Assembly (NCBI GenBank): GCA_965223845.1
Contig: CBDCXR010000004.1
Span: 2,816,001 to 2,880,000 of the forward strand
Length of the DNA stretch: 64,000 bases
Reading direction: 5' to 3'
Source of the DNA: Planctomycetota bacterium
GTDB lineage: Bacteria > Planctomycetota > UBA8108 > SXIK01
A program made the position numbers and the translations under genes. Every line of letters begins with the position of its first letter. Positions within the stretch are counted from its first letter, which is position 1. The notes under the pieces were generated by a model. That model saw nothing but the letters and a program-made list of their open reading frames with translations. It had not been told where the DNA came from and did not search any database. Below are positions 31,021 to 41,219 of the stretch, piece by piece.

Positions 31021-31197
31021 GTTGAGTTGACCGCCGAGCGCGTTGCGAGTCCGACTCGTGCGCCGCGGCCCAAAATCAACCGAAGTTCGCCGTTCCTATC
31101 AGGTTTTCAAGCGATCGCGAGGATCTCCGGGCAGATCTTCCTCCGCGGGTGCGCCTTGTGTTGGCGCTTCGGCGCTTCGGATTCTGAGAGGTCGACT

Positions 31198-32112
31198 CTA
31201 AGGCGCCGCCGGCACCGCTCCTGAGATCAGCGGCTCGCAGATCTGGCGGTGAAACACCCGCATCCAGTACGTCCCGGCAGGGAAGACCACACCCTTCACG
31301 CCTTCCCGATACTGCTCGAGCGCCGCGCGGTAGCGTGTTCGAAAGTCGACGAGCGCGCGGAGCTCTCCTTGTCTGGGGCAGGGACGCCTCGCCTGAATCG
31401 TCGGCGAGAGCTTCCACCTCTTCTCGTAGCTCTGGGGTGAATCGGTCGGACGTTGACTTCGGGCTCGCCGCGCTCCGAGAAAGCCAGTGCCCGATTGCTC
31501 GATCTCCGCTCGGCACTCGGCCTCTCGCTCTTCGACGGCCCGCTCGACTTCCGCGACAAACTCTGAGAGATTCCGTTCCGCGAAGCATGGCGGTGGCACG
31601 ATCTCGAGCGGAACCTCCTCCGGCATCTGGTCCGAGAAGAACCAATCCGGCTTCTCGGCGTGGATGGTCGTTCCGAACTGCCTCGGCTCGCTCCCGACGC
31701 CCGGCCACTCCCCCGCGTCGGGAACGAGCCCGGACGAGACAGGATTGCAGTACGTGTAGACCAACTGGCGGAGAACGTCCTCGGATTCGACCGCCCGCAC
31801 GCAGTTCGCCCGCGAGCAATCGAAGAGACAGTCGAACCGAGCCCGAAGCGCATTCAAGCAGCGAGCGAGGAGCCCGTTGAACCGATGGAGGAACGGCGAA
31901 AGCTGATAGCCAGGATCCGTGATCACCAGGTGATAGTGATTCGAGAGGGCCACGAACGCGTGGATCTCGACGCCAGTTTCTACCGCCGCGTAGGCGAGGC
32001 AGTAGAGCACGGCGCCATTGACCTTATCGTCGGGGCGAAGGAGAAACTGCCTCTGAATGCAGCGCCGAGTGACGAGATAGGTGGCCCCGGGGAGAATTCG
32101 ACGCGGTAACAA
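31198..32112 (-). mobile_element. HUH (Y1) tyrosine transposase, REP-associated/IS200-like
   Basis: PR...PG.TYLVTRR, HUH motif in SNHYH, Y...NPV.SGLV.....WP. Confidence 0.85.
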
Positions 32113-32480
32113 TGCGATGCCGTCCGAACGGGCAAAGCGACGTTCGGTTCTGCGACCCGCCGCTGGTTCGAGTCGCGGCGGGGGTTGGGCCGGGCACGGG
32201 TATCATGGGACGCGGCGGCCGGTCTGCAACCTTGGGATTCCTGGGTGGCATCTCATTTCGTCCGCACCCGTCCGCCTCCGCGCGAAGCTCAAACTCGGCG
32301 ATCCGCCGGTTAGCGCGCCGGCGTAAACCTCGTTCCAGAACAACGGAGACGGCGATGATGCGGATAGCCGCCGCTCGATGGCGGAACGTCGGAACACGTG
32401 GCTCGGATTCTTCCTAGAACCACTCCATGCCCGAGGGCGCTCGACGCACCAGACTTAGCCGAAATCACGGTCACTCGCGG

Positions 32481-33107
32481 TCACTCGACGCTACGGGTAC
32501 TCGACCCGGGCTCGGTTCGGCTCTCGCTTTGATCGAAGTCAGCGGAATCTTCTTCATCACCGATCAGCTTGCTTCTACCACGCCAGATCTCGGACTCCCC
32601 GTCCGTTCGTTCGCCAAGATGATAGTCGTCTCCCACCAAGTCGAATCCGAAGACACCGACTACGAAGTCCGCCAGTTCCACCACGTCGAATCGCGCAGAG
32701 AGTCCGGCGAGTACTGACAACTCGAATCCAACCGAACCCCACGCGGGGACTCGTTCGTACTATTTCGCTCGCGGAAATCGCCGTATTCCGGCGTAGCCGG
32801 AATGCCTCATGGAGGATACCGGTGCCACGAGACCTAACGTCGTACCCGCCACACCGTCGAGCGGAACCAACCCTCCACCACCGATTCGAGTTTCGAACCG
32901 CTGATCCCCCATGTGAGGTAAGAAATCCCATACCGTCGACGCCCCTAAGGACAGTGGCCCGACGTTAGCCACTACGCCCGCAGAATTCGACAGCAGACCG
33001 ATGTGCGCCACGTCGGTCAAGTCCGCTGCGCGATCTGCCATATATGGGTAGGCACAACCTATCGACGACAACGGAATCACTAGAACAGCGAGTCGCATAT
33101 ACATCAT
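32481..33107 (-). pseudogene. Lipoprotein gene interrupted by one in-frame TAG (32760-32762)
   Basis: The signal peptide and lipobox (SIGC) ORF ends at TAG; the same frame continues YERVPAWGSVGFELSVLAG...ELADFVVGVFGFDLVGDD to TGA at 32481. AGGGG RBS upstream. Confidence 0.65.
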
Positions 33108-33185
33108 CGAGTTTTCCCCTCGGTGGTGGTCGCGGAACAGTTCTGCCCGTCCGCAGGCCGCGTTCACCTCCTCAAGCACGCTTCT

Positions 33186-33231
33186 CTTCGTCCGCCTTCG
33201 CGGCCCTTCGCGCTCTTCGTGTGAATCTCTC
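33186..33231 (-). repeat. Dispersed CGAAG-phased element, copy C
   Basis: The reverse complement reads GAGAGATTCACACGAAGAGCGCGAAGGGCCGCGAAGGCGGACGAAG. Confidence 0.7.
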
Positions 33232-33245
33232 ATTCAGGCGGGTAG

Positions 33246-34055
33246 CTAAGGCCACTCCGTGACCCGAATCCCGAGTTCCTCCAGCGAGCGAACAGGCGAC
33301 GACGAACCCGCACGCTCTCGAAGCAACAGTCCCGGCGGGAGCCCGCTTTGATTCTCGAGCCAGTGCTTCACGATCTGCGCGTCGCGCGGACGGAACGTCG
33401 CGCGGTACAGAATCCGGTCGCGCGTGGCGCGTTGGCGATGCACCGCCACGAGGAGCTCGGGGGGAAGCGGGTGATCCCAGAAGGGAGTCCCGGTAGGAGC
33501 ACGCGCCGCCTCCCCCGCCGACGTCGCGTGAATCTTGGCGTCGAGATCCACCACGAGCGCGTCGAAGGGGTTCGCGCGCAACTCGTCGCGATCCGTCGAG
33601 AGGGTGATCACGTCGACGACGGCGACACTCTCGCTCGCCTCATCCCGCCACGGTGTCGCGAGGACGAACCGTTCGATCGGGGCTACGGACACGAAGTAGC
33701 GTTCGGTGCCCGGGGGGCCCGCGGGAAAGGAGAACGTGACCGTGCCGTCGGCGGCCGTGGTCCCGGCGTGGACGACGGCCGGGTCGCTCCCACTCGGAGC
33801 ATCGAGCGCGGTCGCGCGGATCCGAGTTCGCGACGACGCGCCTCGAGCACGGACGCGAGCGTCGAGACTCGCGACCGGCGCTCCGGTCGCGAGATCTGTG
33901 AAGCGAGCGTGAAGCTCGACCGGCCCGAACGCCGGCACGACCGCGTCCGCGACGCCGACGACAACGACGGTGGGCGTTGCGCCACCGGTGACCCACAGAG
34001 CGCCGACGAGCACGAAGTAGGACGCAAGCGCGAAAACGAGGACGAGCGACCGCAC
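33246..34055 (-). CDS. Hypothetical exported/membrane-anchored protein
   Basis: N-terminal hydrophobic helix and typical codon usage. Confidence 0.6.
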   Translation of the reverse strand: MRSLVLVFALASYFVLVGALWVTGGATPTVVVVGVADAVVPAFGPVELHARFTDLATGAPVASLDARVRARGASSRTRIRATALDAPSGSDPAVVHAGTTAADGTVTFSFPAGPPGTERYFVSVAPIERFVLATPWRDEASESVAVVDVITLSTDRDELRANPFDALVVDLDAKIHATSAGEAARAPTGTPFWDHPLPPELLVAVHRQRATRDRILYRATFRPRDAQIVKHWLENQSGLPPGLLLRERAGSSSPVRSLEELGIRVTEWP

Positions 34056-34262
34056 GAGGCCAATCTCCGAGGGATTTCATCGGCACCGAAACGGTCCCCG
34101 AACGCCGAAGCCCGGAGGGCCACCCAACACCATTGGGTTCGGGGGCCGATGCGCCTGATGACCATGGTACCGTGTCGCCGCTTCGGCGGACGCCCGACGG
34201 CCCGCCGGCCGCGGGCCCAGACCGAGCTCAGCAAGACCCATAACACCGAAAGGTAAAGAGAG

Positions 34263-37200
34263 ATGCGACTCCGATCCGCCGCAATCGCGACCGTCTCGAT
34301 TTGGGCCGTTCTCGTCCCGGGATCACTCTTCGCGCAGCTGTTCGAGAATCTCGAAGGCTTCGGTCGCCGCCTCGACGTCGGTGATCCGGAAACGGTCTCC
34401 GAGTGGGGACGCGAAGGGCCGAAGGGGATCGCGAGCGACGATTTCGACGGGAACGGCCGCGCGGATTTCGCAACGAGCAACCTCGACGGCACGGTCACCG
34501 TGTATCTCAACAAGGGGGACGGGCGGTTTCACGCTCCCCTTCACCTCGCGACCGGATCGAAGACACTCCGCGGAATCGACACCGCCGATTTCAACGGCGA
34601 CGGCGCGATCGACATCGCGACGGCCGCTCCGCTCGAAGGACGCGTCCACATCTTCGACGGCGACGGCCAGGGCGCGTTCGAGTCCTCCCGCGTCCTCTCC
34701 ACATGGGAGTTCGCCCGTGATCTCACGGCGGGCGACTTCGACGGGGACGGAACGACCGACCTTCTCGTCGCGGGCGGTGGACATCGCGGCGCGGTTCAGT
34801 TTCGCGGCACCGGCGACGGACAGTTCGAAGGAGTCGCACAACTGAACGAGCTCGTGTCGAACGGCTACACGCGTCCGGTCTACTCGTTCGCGACGTATCG
34901 GCGCGATGGCGACATGCGCGATTCAGTCGCCGTCACGAGCGTCTGGCACCTCCTCACATTCCTTTACGAGCCGGATGACAACGGCGAGCTCGAGCTAAGC
35001 GGCGCCGTTTCGACGACCCGAGGCGTCTACGATCTCGAGATCGGGACGATCACGAACCCGGCGGAATCGGGGCAGCTCGATCTTCTGAGCGCCTCGCGCG
35101 ACACAGGACTTCTGCAGGTGTTTCACACGGAAACGGGGGACCTCGCCGACGCGCGCATCCGCCAGGTCGTGCCCGTTCCCGGGGGACTTCGCGACGCGCG
35201 CATCGTCGACGTCGACGGCGACGGCTGGAACGATGTCGTCGTCGTGCTGCGGTGTTTCGACCGAGTGATCACGTACGAGAACCAGGAAGGCACGCTCGTT
35301 CCCGTGACGGAGCTCCCGGTGGGCCGGAGTCCGCGCCAGCTCGCAGCGGCGGACTACAACGTCGACGGCCTCGTCGACTTCGCGGTGATCAATCGCATCT
35401 CGAGCGACGTAAACATCCTCCATGCATTTCCGGGGAAGGCCGCGTTTGGTGCCTCGGACCAGATCTACGCGGTCGACGGAGGTGTGACCGATCTTCAGGT
35501 CATCGATGCAAACGGCGACGGCCGCGACGACGTGATCCAGCTTCACCGCGCATCGAGCGATCTCACGATCCGTTACACGAGCGAGGACGGTTCACTCGGG
35601 TCGCCCGTCTATCTCCCCGTTGCGGCGCTTCCGAGCGCCGAGCGAGTGATCGACGTCAACTCGGACGGACTTCCCGATCTGGTGGTCGCGAGCCTCGGAC
35701 GAAATGAAGGCGACGGCTCGATCAATGTTCTCCTCGGCCAAAGCTCCGGTGAGTTCAGCGAGCCGACTTCGGTCTCGCCTCCCACGGAGGTCGGCGGCCG
35801 ACTCTTCGGCGTCGAGGTCGCGGACTTCGACGGGGATGGTACCCCCGACATCGCCGCGGGGTTCTTCGACTGCCGGCTCGCGTTCTTTCGCGGGGTCGGG
35901 GACGGCACCTTCGAGTTCGCCGCGGTGCACTTCTTCGCGTACGAATCCCGCGCGCTCGTGAGCGGAGATTTCGATGGCGACGGAGACATCGATCTCGCCG
36001 GTGGTTCCCGTACCGGGCTCGTCGTCGTCGTCGAGAACACCGGCAAACTTCTGACCACGGCGGAGCTCACGCGGACTGACTACGAGCCGACGACGTCGGG
36101 CAAGTTCGGGACGCGAGACATGACGGCCACGGACGTCAACTCGGACGGCGACCTCGACCTCATCGTCTCCAGCGGAAAAGGCGTCATGCTGTTCGTCGGC
36201 GGGGATGGAATGAGCTTCAGCCGGAAGCACGACGCGCTCCCGGGGACGAATTTCCCCGCGTCGTCGGTCACGACGGGCGACTTCGACGGAGACGGTGAAA
36301 CGGACGTCGCCGTCGCGTGCCGAGTCCTCTCGTGCATCGTGATTCTCACGCGGAACGACGAAGGAGATTTCGTCCCGGCGCTCTCCGTCGACGTTCCGTC
36401 CGGTCACTTCCTCGCCGCCGGCGATCTCGACGGCGATGGCCACGCGGATCTCGTCGGGTCCGGCGGAGCCCTTTGGACCGCGCTCAGCAGCCGCGAGTCG
36501 TCGATCGTCGCGGTCGACTCGGTCGTCGAGGAGCCGCGCCCGCGCGCTCCCGGTCCCGTGATCAACGAGATCCTCGCGAGCAACAACCAGATCGAGCTCG
36601 AGTTCGACTCGAACAAGCGGCCGGACTGGATCGAGCTCTACAACGGCGCTGACGAAGACGTCTCCCTCGCCGGATGGCGTCTCGTCCGAGTCAAGCTGAG
36701 CGACCCCGACAACGACCCCCCGGCTATTTTCAACTTTCCGGACTCGGCGACGATGAAGGGCCGCGGGCATCTCGTCGTCGTCTGTTCGAAGACGCTCCGC
36801 TCGGACCTTCACACCGGATTCCGTCTCTCCGGTCGACAGGGAGCGATCGTGAGTCTCTTTAACGCAGAGAACGAAGAGGTCGACCGCGTCCACTTCCCGC
36901 CACAGCGACCGAACATCTCCTACGCTCGATACGAGGACGGCTCCGCCGGCTTCACCTTCAACAACTATCCCAACCCTCTCGAGGCCAACGTCGACAACGG
37001 CCCCGTGCCTCCGATCGTTCGGCTCGAAAGTGTCCACTCTCGGGTGGGCGGCCAAGTCGTTCCGCCCACTCCCGGTGCTCCGATCCGCTTCGTCGCTCGT
37101 GGGGAAGACGACGAAGGGATCGTGAGCATTCGGGTTTTCTACGAGCGAATCGACGGACCGGCACAAGGTCAGCGAAGCTTCATCCTCTACGACGACGGCA

Positions 37201-38054
37201 TGCACGACGACGGCGGAATGCAGGACGGGATCTACGCCGGCGAGAGCGACGTGACTTTCCCCGCGGGTGCCGCGATTCGCTACCGTCTCGTCGTCGAAGA
37301 TCTCGGCGACAACGTGACCATCTTCCCCGATAGCGATGCGCCGTCGGGGGCGAGCGGCATGGTCGGATACTACACGCTCGCAATCGGAGACAGCACGGAG
37401 TCGACGCTTCAGATCTCCGAGATCGTGCCGCGAAACGATTCCGGTCTCGAGGACGAGCACGCCGGTCGACCGGACTGGGTCGAGATTCGCAATTGCGGCG
37501 ACGAGCCCGTGTCCCTCGACGGAATTCACCTCGGCCCCGCGTTCCCGGCGAGTGACGACTGGTACTCGTTCCCGCGCGGACTGACTCTCGCGCCCGGAGA
37601 GCACAAGATCGTCTACTGCGACGGCAATCGGGTTGAGGGTGAACTTCACGCACCGTTCAAGCTCGAGCCGGCCGCGGGTCGGATCGCCCTCATCGGGACG
37701 AACCCCTTGGGTGCGCACGTTCTCCTCGACACCGTCGAGTACGAGAACATCGCGATCGACGAAGCCTACGCTCGAATCGGCTGCGACGGAGAGTGGGTGC
37801 GCACGATGCCGTCACCGGGCGCCGAGAACCACTACCTTCCCGGCGACTTGAGCGGCGATCGCCGAGTCAATCTGATCGATCCCGTGGGAATCCTCTCTCT
37901 CCTCTTCGGCGGTGCCGCGAACCCCGCGTGCCCGGCCGCCGGAGACGCGAACGCCGACGCGAGCCTCGATCTGAGCGACGCGATCTATCTCCTCAACTAC
38001 CTCTTCGGCGGCGGTCCCGCACCGGTGAACCGCCCGCGGAGCTGTACGTTGTAG
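34263..38054 (+). CDS. Secreted FG-GAP-repeat protein with lamin-tail domains and a dockerin-like C-terminus
   Basis: More than 10 DFDGDG-type repeats; INEILA...DWIELYN and ISEI...DWVEIRN; LYDDG.HDDG..DG.Y; GDANADA..DLSDAIYLLNYLF. Confidence 0.88.
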   Translation: MRLRSAAIATVSIWAVLVPGSLFAQLFENLEGFGRRLDVGDPETVSEWGREGPKGIASDDFDGNGRADFATSNLDGTVTVYLNKGDGRFHAPLHLATGSKTLRGIDTADFNGDGAIDIATAAPLEGRVHIFDGDGQGAFESSRVLSTWEFARDLTAGDFDGDGTTDLLVAGGGHRGAVQFRGTGDGQFEGVAQLNELVSNGYTRPVYSFATYRRDGDMRDSVAVTSVWHLLTFLYEPDDNGELELSGAVSTTRGVYDLEIGTITNPAESGQLDLLSASRDTGLLQVFHTETGDLADARIRQVVPVPGGLRDARIVDVDGDGWNDVVVVLRCFDRVITYENQEGTLVPVTELPVGRSPRQLAAADYNVDGLVDFAVINRISSDVNILHAFPGKAAFGASDQIYAVDGGVTDLQVIDANGDGRDDVIQLHRASSDLTIRYTSEDGSLGSPVYLPVAALPSAERVIDVNSDGLPDLVVASLGRNEGDGSINVLLGQSSGEFSEPTSVSPPTEVGGRLFGVEVADFDGDGTPDIAAGFFDCRLAFFRGVGDGTFEFAAVHFFAYESRALVSGDFDGDGDIDLAGGSRTGLVVVVENTGKLLTTAELTRTDYEPTTSGKFGTRDMTATDVNSDGDLDLIVSSGKGVMLFVGGDGMSFSRKHDALPGTNFPASSVTTGDFDGDGETDVAVACRVLSCIVILTRNDEGDFVPALSVDVPSGHFLAAGDLDGDGHADLVGSGGALWTALSSRESSIVAVDSVVEEPRPRAPGPVINEILASNNQIELEFDSNKRPDWIELYNGADEDVSLAGWRLVRVKLSDPDNDPPAIFNFPDSATMKGRGHLVVVCSKTLRSDLHTGFRLSGRQGAIVSLFNAENEEVDRVHFPPQRPNISYARYEDGSAGFTFNNYPNPLEANVDNGPVPPIVRLESVHSRVGGQVVPPTPGAPIRFVARGEDDEGIVSIRVFYERIDGPAQGQRSFILYDDGMHDDGGMQDGIYAGESDVTFPAGAAIRYRLVVEDLGDNVTIFPDSDAPSGASGMVGYYTLAIGDSTESTLQISEIVPRNDSGLEDEHAGRPDWVEIRNCGDEPVSLDGIHLGPAFPASDDWYSFPRGLTLAPGEHKIVYCDGNRVEGELHAPFKLEPAAGRIALIGTNPLGAHVLLDTVEYENIAIDEAYARIGCDGEWVRTMPSPGAENHYLPGDLSGDRRVNLIDPVGILSLLFGGAANPACPAAGDANADASLDLSDAIYLLNYLFGGGPAPVNRPRSCTL

Positions 38055-38124
38055 CCGATCTCCGCCGTGGTCGATGGCTCGCTCGGCCGTTCGTCTCCGG
38101 CGCGCGCGAGTGGAGCGGCATGCT

Positions 38125-39525
38125 TCACTCGCGCGCGTCGCTTTCTTGGGACGGTGTAGCCCGTGCTTCGTCGCGGCCCTCAGTCTCTTGGGGCGGCGTA
38201 TCCGGTGCTTCGTCGCGGCCTTCGATCAGCGCGGGGAGCTTCGGTAGAACGAGCTCGAACTCGAGTTTTTCGCCGTCTCGCTCGACGACGAGGCGAACGC
38301 TCGTTCCCGGCTCCCCCGCGAGGAACCGACTCGGTCGGACACGCTCGTCCTGACGCCAGCGCGTCGCGTCGAGTCCGTTCACGCGAAGGAGCTTGTCGCC
38401 CGACCGGAGCCCGGCGTGCGCGGCAAAGCCGTCCGGAACGACGTGGGCGAACGAGAAGGTTCCGGCGAGATTCTTCGGAATGAACGTCGCCTGGATGGGA
38501 TTGAGGGGCATGAGGAACGACCGCTCTCGACCGGCCGGCCCAACGTAGACGCGAAGCCCCGGGCCGTCGATCCAGATCGTTCGTCCCGAGAACGTGCTGA
38601 GGCCGAGGTTCATGTTCAGCTTTAGCGGTCGCCCCAGCACGTCTTGCTCCGCGACACTTCGTCCCACGAGACACGGAGCGAGGTCCACCGCTCCGAGCCG
38701 AAACGTCGGCGCGATGGCTACCGGTGCCGCGGTAAACCCGCCCGCGGCGGGACTGTAGACACCGCCGACCGTCATCCACGCGTCCGGATTCTGCTCGCGC
38801 CACGCCATCCACGCCGGCCCGTCGAGTCCGACCCCGGAATCGGCTCCGGTATCGAAGCAAACCGACTTTGGCTCGTGGTTCGGCCCGCGTTCGGTCGCGC
38901 CCTCGAGGAGGAGCACGGACACCTTCGGCCGGATCGCGAACGATGGCCACTCCGCTTGCACATCCGGTGGAATCCGAGGCGTCACCGCTTGCGTGCCGCC
39001 CCCGAGATCGAGCCGCCATCGAATCTGGCGCAGAATGGGCCAACCGATCGCGCCTTCAAAAGAGGCCGGCGGCGCCGGGACGACGAGGGCGCGCGCCGGC
39101 AATTCGCGGTCCGTGCCGTGAACGCCGAGCTGAACGCTCGTCGACCAAAGATTCTTGGCTCTCGGCTCGAGCTTCAGCCCGAGCCGCCGGGCCGCGCCCT
39201 CAACCAGGACGAGCGGAAACGCGGACCCGGTGTCGAGGATGACTCGAAGCGGCTTTCCCTGAACCACGAGGTCACCGAAAAACTTCCCCCGATCGACGGA
39301 CGGAACGAGTCGGATGACCGGGTTGGTTCCGGCTCGATCAGCATCTCGAGCCCCCGAGTCTTTGTCCTCTCGAGCTCCGGGAGCGAATCGATCGTCGGTC
39401 GCGGCGAGATCGACTCCGAGCGCGATGAGAAAGCTGATCCCGATCGCGGCGCAGAACGGAGATCGAGCCGCTACGAGATGCCGACCGGTTCGCGAAAGCG
39501 TGTTCGCCACTCTCGACCGAGTCAC
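38125..39525 (-). CDS. Aspartyl protease (two DTG motifs) with C-terminal PDZ domain
   Basis: VILDTGS and CFDTGA; AGLRSGDKLLRVNG. GTG at 39525 overlaps the upstream stop. Confidence 0.8.
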   Translation of the reverse strand: MTRSRVANTLSRTGRHLVAARSPFCAAIGISFLIALGVDLAATDDRFAPGAREDKDSGARDADRAGTNPVIRLVPSVDRGKFFGDLVVQGKPLRVILDTGSAFPLVLVEGAARRLGLKLEPRAKNLWSTSVQLGVHGTDRELPARALVVPAPPASFEGAIGWPILRQIRWRLDLGGGTQAVTPRIPPDVQAEWPSFAIRPKVSVLLLEGATERGPNHEPKSVCFDTGADSGVGLDGPAWMAWREQNPDAWMTVGGVYSPAAGGFTAAPVAIAPTFRLGAVDLAPCLVGRSVAEQDVLGRPLKLNMNLGLSTFSGRTIWIDGPGLRVYVGPAGRERSFLMPLNPIQATFIPKNLAGTFSFAHVVPDGFAAHAGLRSGDKLLRVNGLDATRWRQDERVRPSRFLAGEPGTSVRLVVERDGEKLEFELVLPKLPALIEGRDEAPDTPPQETEGRDEARATPSQESDARE

Positions 39526-40334
39526 CGCGCTGCCCTCACGCCGCCGAGAGTTCCGCCGCGGATGCGGGCGATCTCGCTCTCGCGAAATCGCAGCGCGGCG
39601 CGCGGGAGCGCTTCTCCAAGCGCGCCGCCTACGCGATCGATCAATTCGGAGTCTGAGATCAGCCCCTCGGCGGCGAGCGCGACGCGGAGCTCGGTCTTCG
39701 CGGCGACGGCGATCGCGGCCTCGAGGTCCGTCGCGAGGTCGAGAACGCTCGGCGCCGCGTGGGTCGACTCGAGAAACGGACGGATCGCCCCGAATGCGTC
39801 CACGAGCGCGCCGCGCGAGAACGTCTCGCGCGCGCGTTCGATCGTTGTCCGGTCCTCGTCGCGTCGACGACGGTAGATCGCGTCCGTCTTTCGAACGCGC
39901 GTCCAGAGCGATTTTACCGCGAGGGATCCTTCTCGCTTCCACGCGACGTTTTCGCGCGCGTCGAGCAGCGCGACCGCGGGAAGCGTTGCGATGCCGAGCC
40001 GCTCTCGGAGCGCGACGACTTCCGCGGCACTGACGCGGAGCCCGACGACCCGCGCCCGAAGCTCGGCGAGTCGAGGTCCTCGGGTGATGGCCGGCGAGCC
40101 CGAGCCGGACGCCGGACGGAAGTACACGAAAACGAGTCGATCTTCGTCGCGCGCGAGCTCGAGCGCCGTCTCGAGCTCGGTCTGCCACTCCCACGCGGCG
40201 ATTGCGTCACCGGACTGCCCCTCGACCGGCCCGCCCCACCGAACCGAGACCGCGCCGATGGCGATGGCCGCACCCGCGAGGAACCATGTCGCCGGATCGA
40301 AAGCGAGCCGCGAAACGGGAGAAGGACGCGCCAT
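39522..40334 (-). CDS. Membrane-anchored thioredoxin-like fold protein lacking CxxC
   Basis: W...LETALELA....RLVFVYF and LPAVALLD match the thioredoxin-like fold; no Cys at the active site. Confidence 0.6.
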   Translation of the reverse strand: MARPSPVSRLAFDPATWFLAGAAIAIGAVSVRWGGPVEGQSGDAIAAWEWQTELETALELARDEDRLVFVYFRPASGSGSPAITRGPRLAELRARVVGLRVSAAEVVALRERLGIATLPAVALLDARENVAWKREGSLAVKSLWTRVRKTDAIYRRRRDEDRTTIERARETFSRGALVDAFGAIRPFLESTHAAPSVLDLATDLEAAIAVAAKTELRVALAAEGLISDSELIDRVGGALGEALPRAALRFRESEIARIRGGTLGGVRAAR

Positions 40335-40448
40335 GCGGGTTTCCTCGGCTTCTCTTCGGATCCCGAAGCGACCCGGACTCGGGATCGGACGACGTCGTTC
40401 GGCCCGCGGCGCTTTCCGCTCGCCGAACGGAACGGTAGACTCCCTCTC

Positions 40449-41051
40449 ATGATACCCAAATCGATCGGCATCCTCATTTTTCCCGACGCGGAAGTACTCG
40501 ATGTCTGCGGACCGTTCGAAGTGCTCTCGACCGCGGAATCGACGAACGACGGTGAATCGCTCTTCCGTGTGAACCTCATCGCCGAGTCATCGGAGCCACT
40601 CGATCTCCTCGGTGGACTCACGGTTACACCGCAGGCGACTCTCGCAAACTGTCCGCCGCTCGACCTTCTTCTCGTCCCCGGAGGTCAAGGCCGACGACGG
40701 ATTTCCGATGGGGTCGTCGAGTGGGTGCGCGCCCGCGCGAAGACGGTCGAGCGGATGACCTCCGTGTGCACCGGAGCCTTCGTGCTCGCTCGCGCCGGAC
40801 TGCTCGACGGGAGGCGCGCGACGACCCACTGGACGGCGCTCGAGGAGCTGCGCGAGAGTTTTCCGTCGGTGATCGTCGTCGACGATCTTCACGTCGCCGA
40901 TGAAGACGACCTCATCACGTCCGCCGGAATCTCCGCCGGGATCGATCTCGCGCTTCGACTCGTCGAGATCTACGGCGGTAAAGACGCGGCCGTCGCGACG
41001 GCGCGGAACATGGAGTACCGGTATCCTGAAGACAACTCTCGGCGGGTGTGA
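40449..41051 (+). CDS. DJ-1/PfpI family protein
   Basis: EVLDVCGPFEV, LLVPGG, SVCTGA, ATTHW, TSAGISAGID. Confidence 0.92.
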   Translation: MIPKSIGILIFPDAEVLDVCGPFEVLSTAESTNDGESLFRVNLIAESSEPLDLLGGLTVTPQATLANCPPLDLLLVPGGQGRRRISDGVVEWVRARAKTVERMTSVCTGAFVLARAGLLDGRRATTHWTALEELRESFPSVIVVDDLHVADEDDLITSAGISAGIDLALRLVEIYGGKDAAVATARNMEYRYPEDNSRRV

Positions 41052-41061
41052 AGCGGCCGAC

Positions 41062-41105
41062 GAGATTCACACGAAGAACGCGAAGGTGCGCGAAGAAAGA
41101 CGAAG
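41062..41105 (+). repeat. Dispersed CGAAG-phased element, copy D
   Basis: GAGATTCACACGAAGAACGCGAAGGTGCGCGAAGAAAGACGAAG. Confidence 0.7.
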
Positions 41106-41219
41106 GGGGGAGGAAAGGAGTCGAGAGAAGAGTGTAAGAACGGTCGGCCAGGAACGAGATCAATTTTCGCAGCGAGACGAGACCCTCGCTCGGAATCTAG
41201 GTGCGACCGTGGCGAGCCA

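Noticed and set aside
32155-32185. tRNA fragment or attachment site (GGTTCGAGTC) upstream of the transposase
   Set aside because: The T-stem does not pair properly and there is no CCA or cloverleaf; only a GC hairpin.
32760-32762. Pyrrolysine codon
   Set aside because: No pyl genes in the window and no methyltransferase context; a nonsense mutation is simpler.
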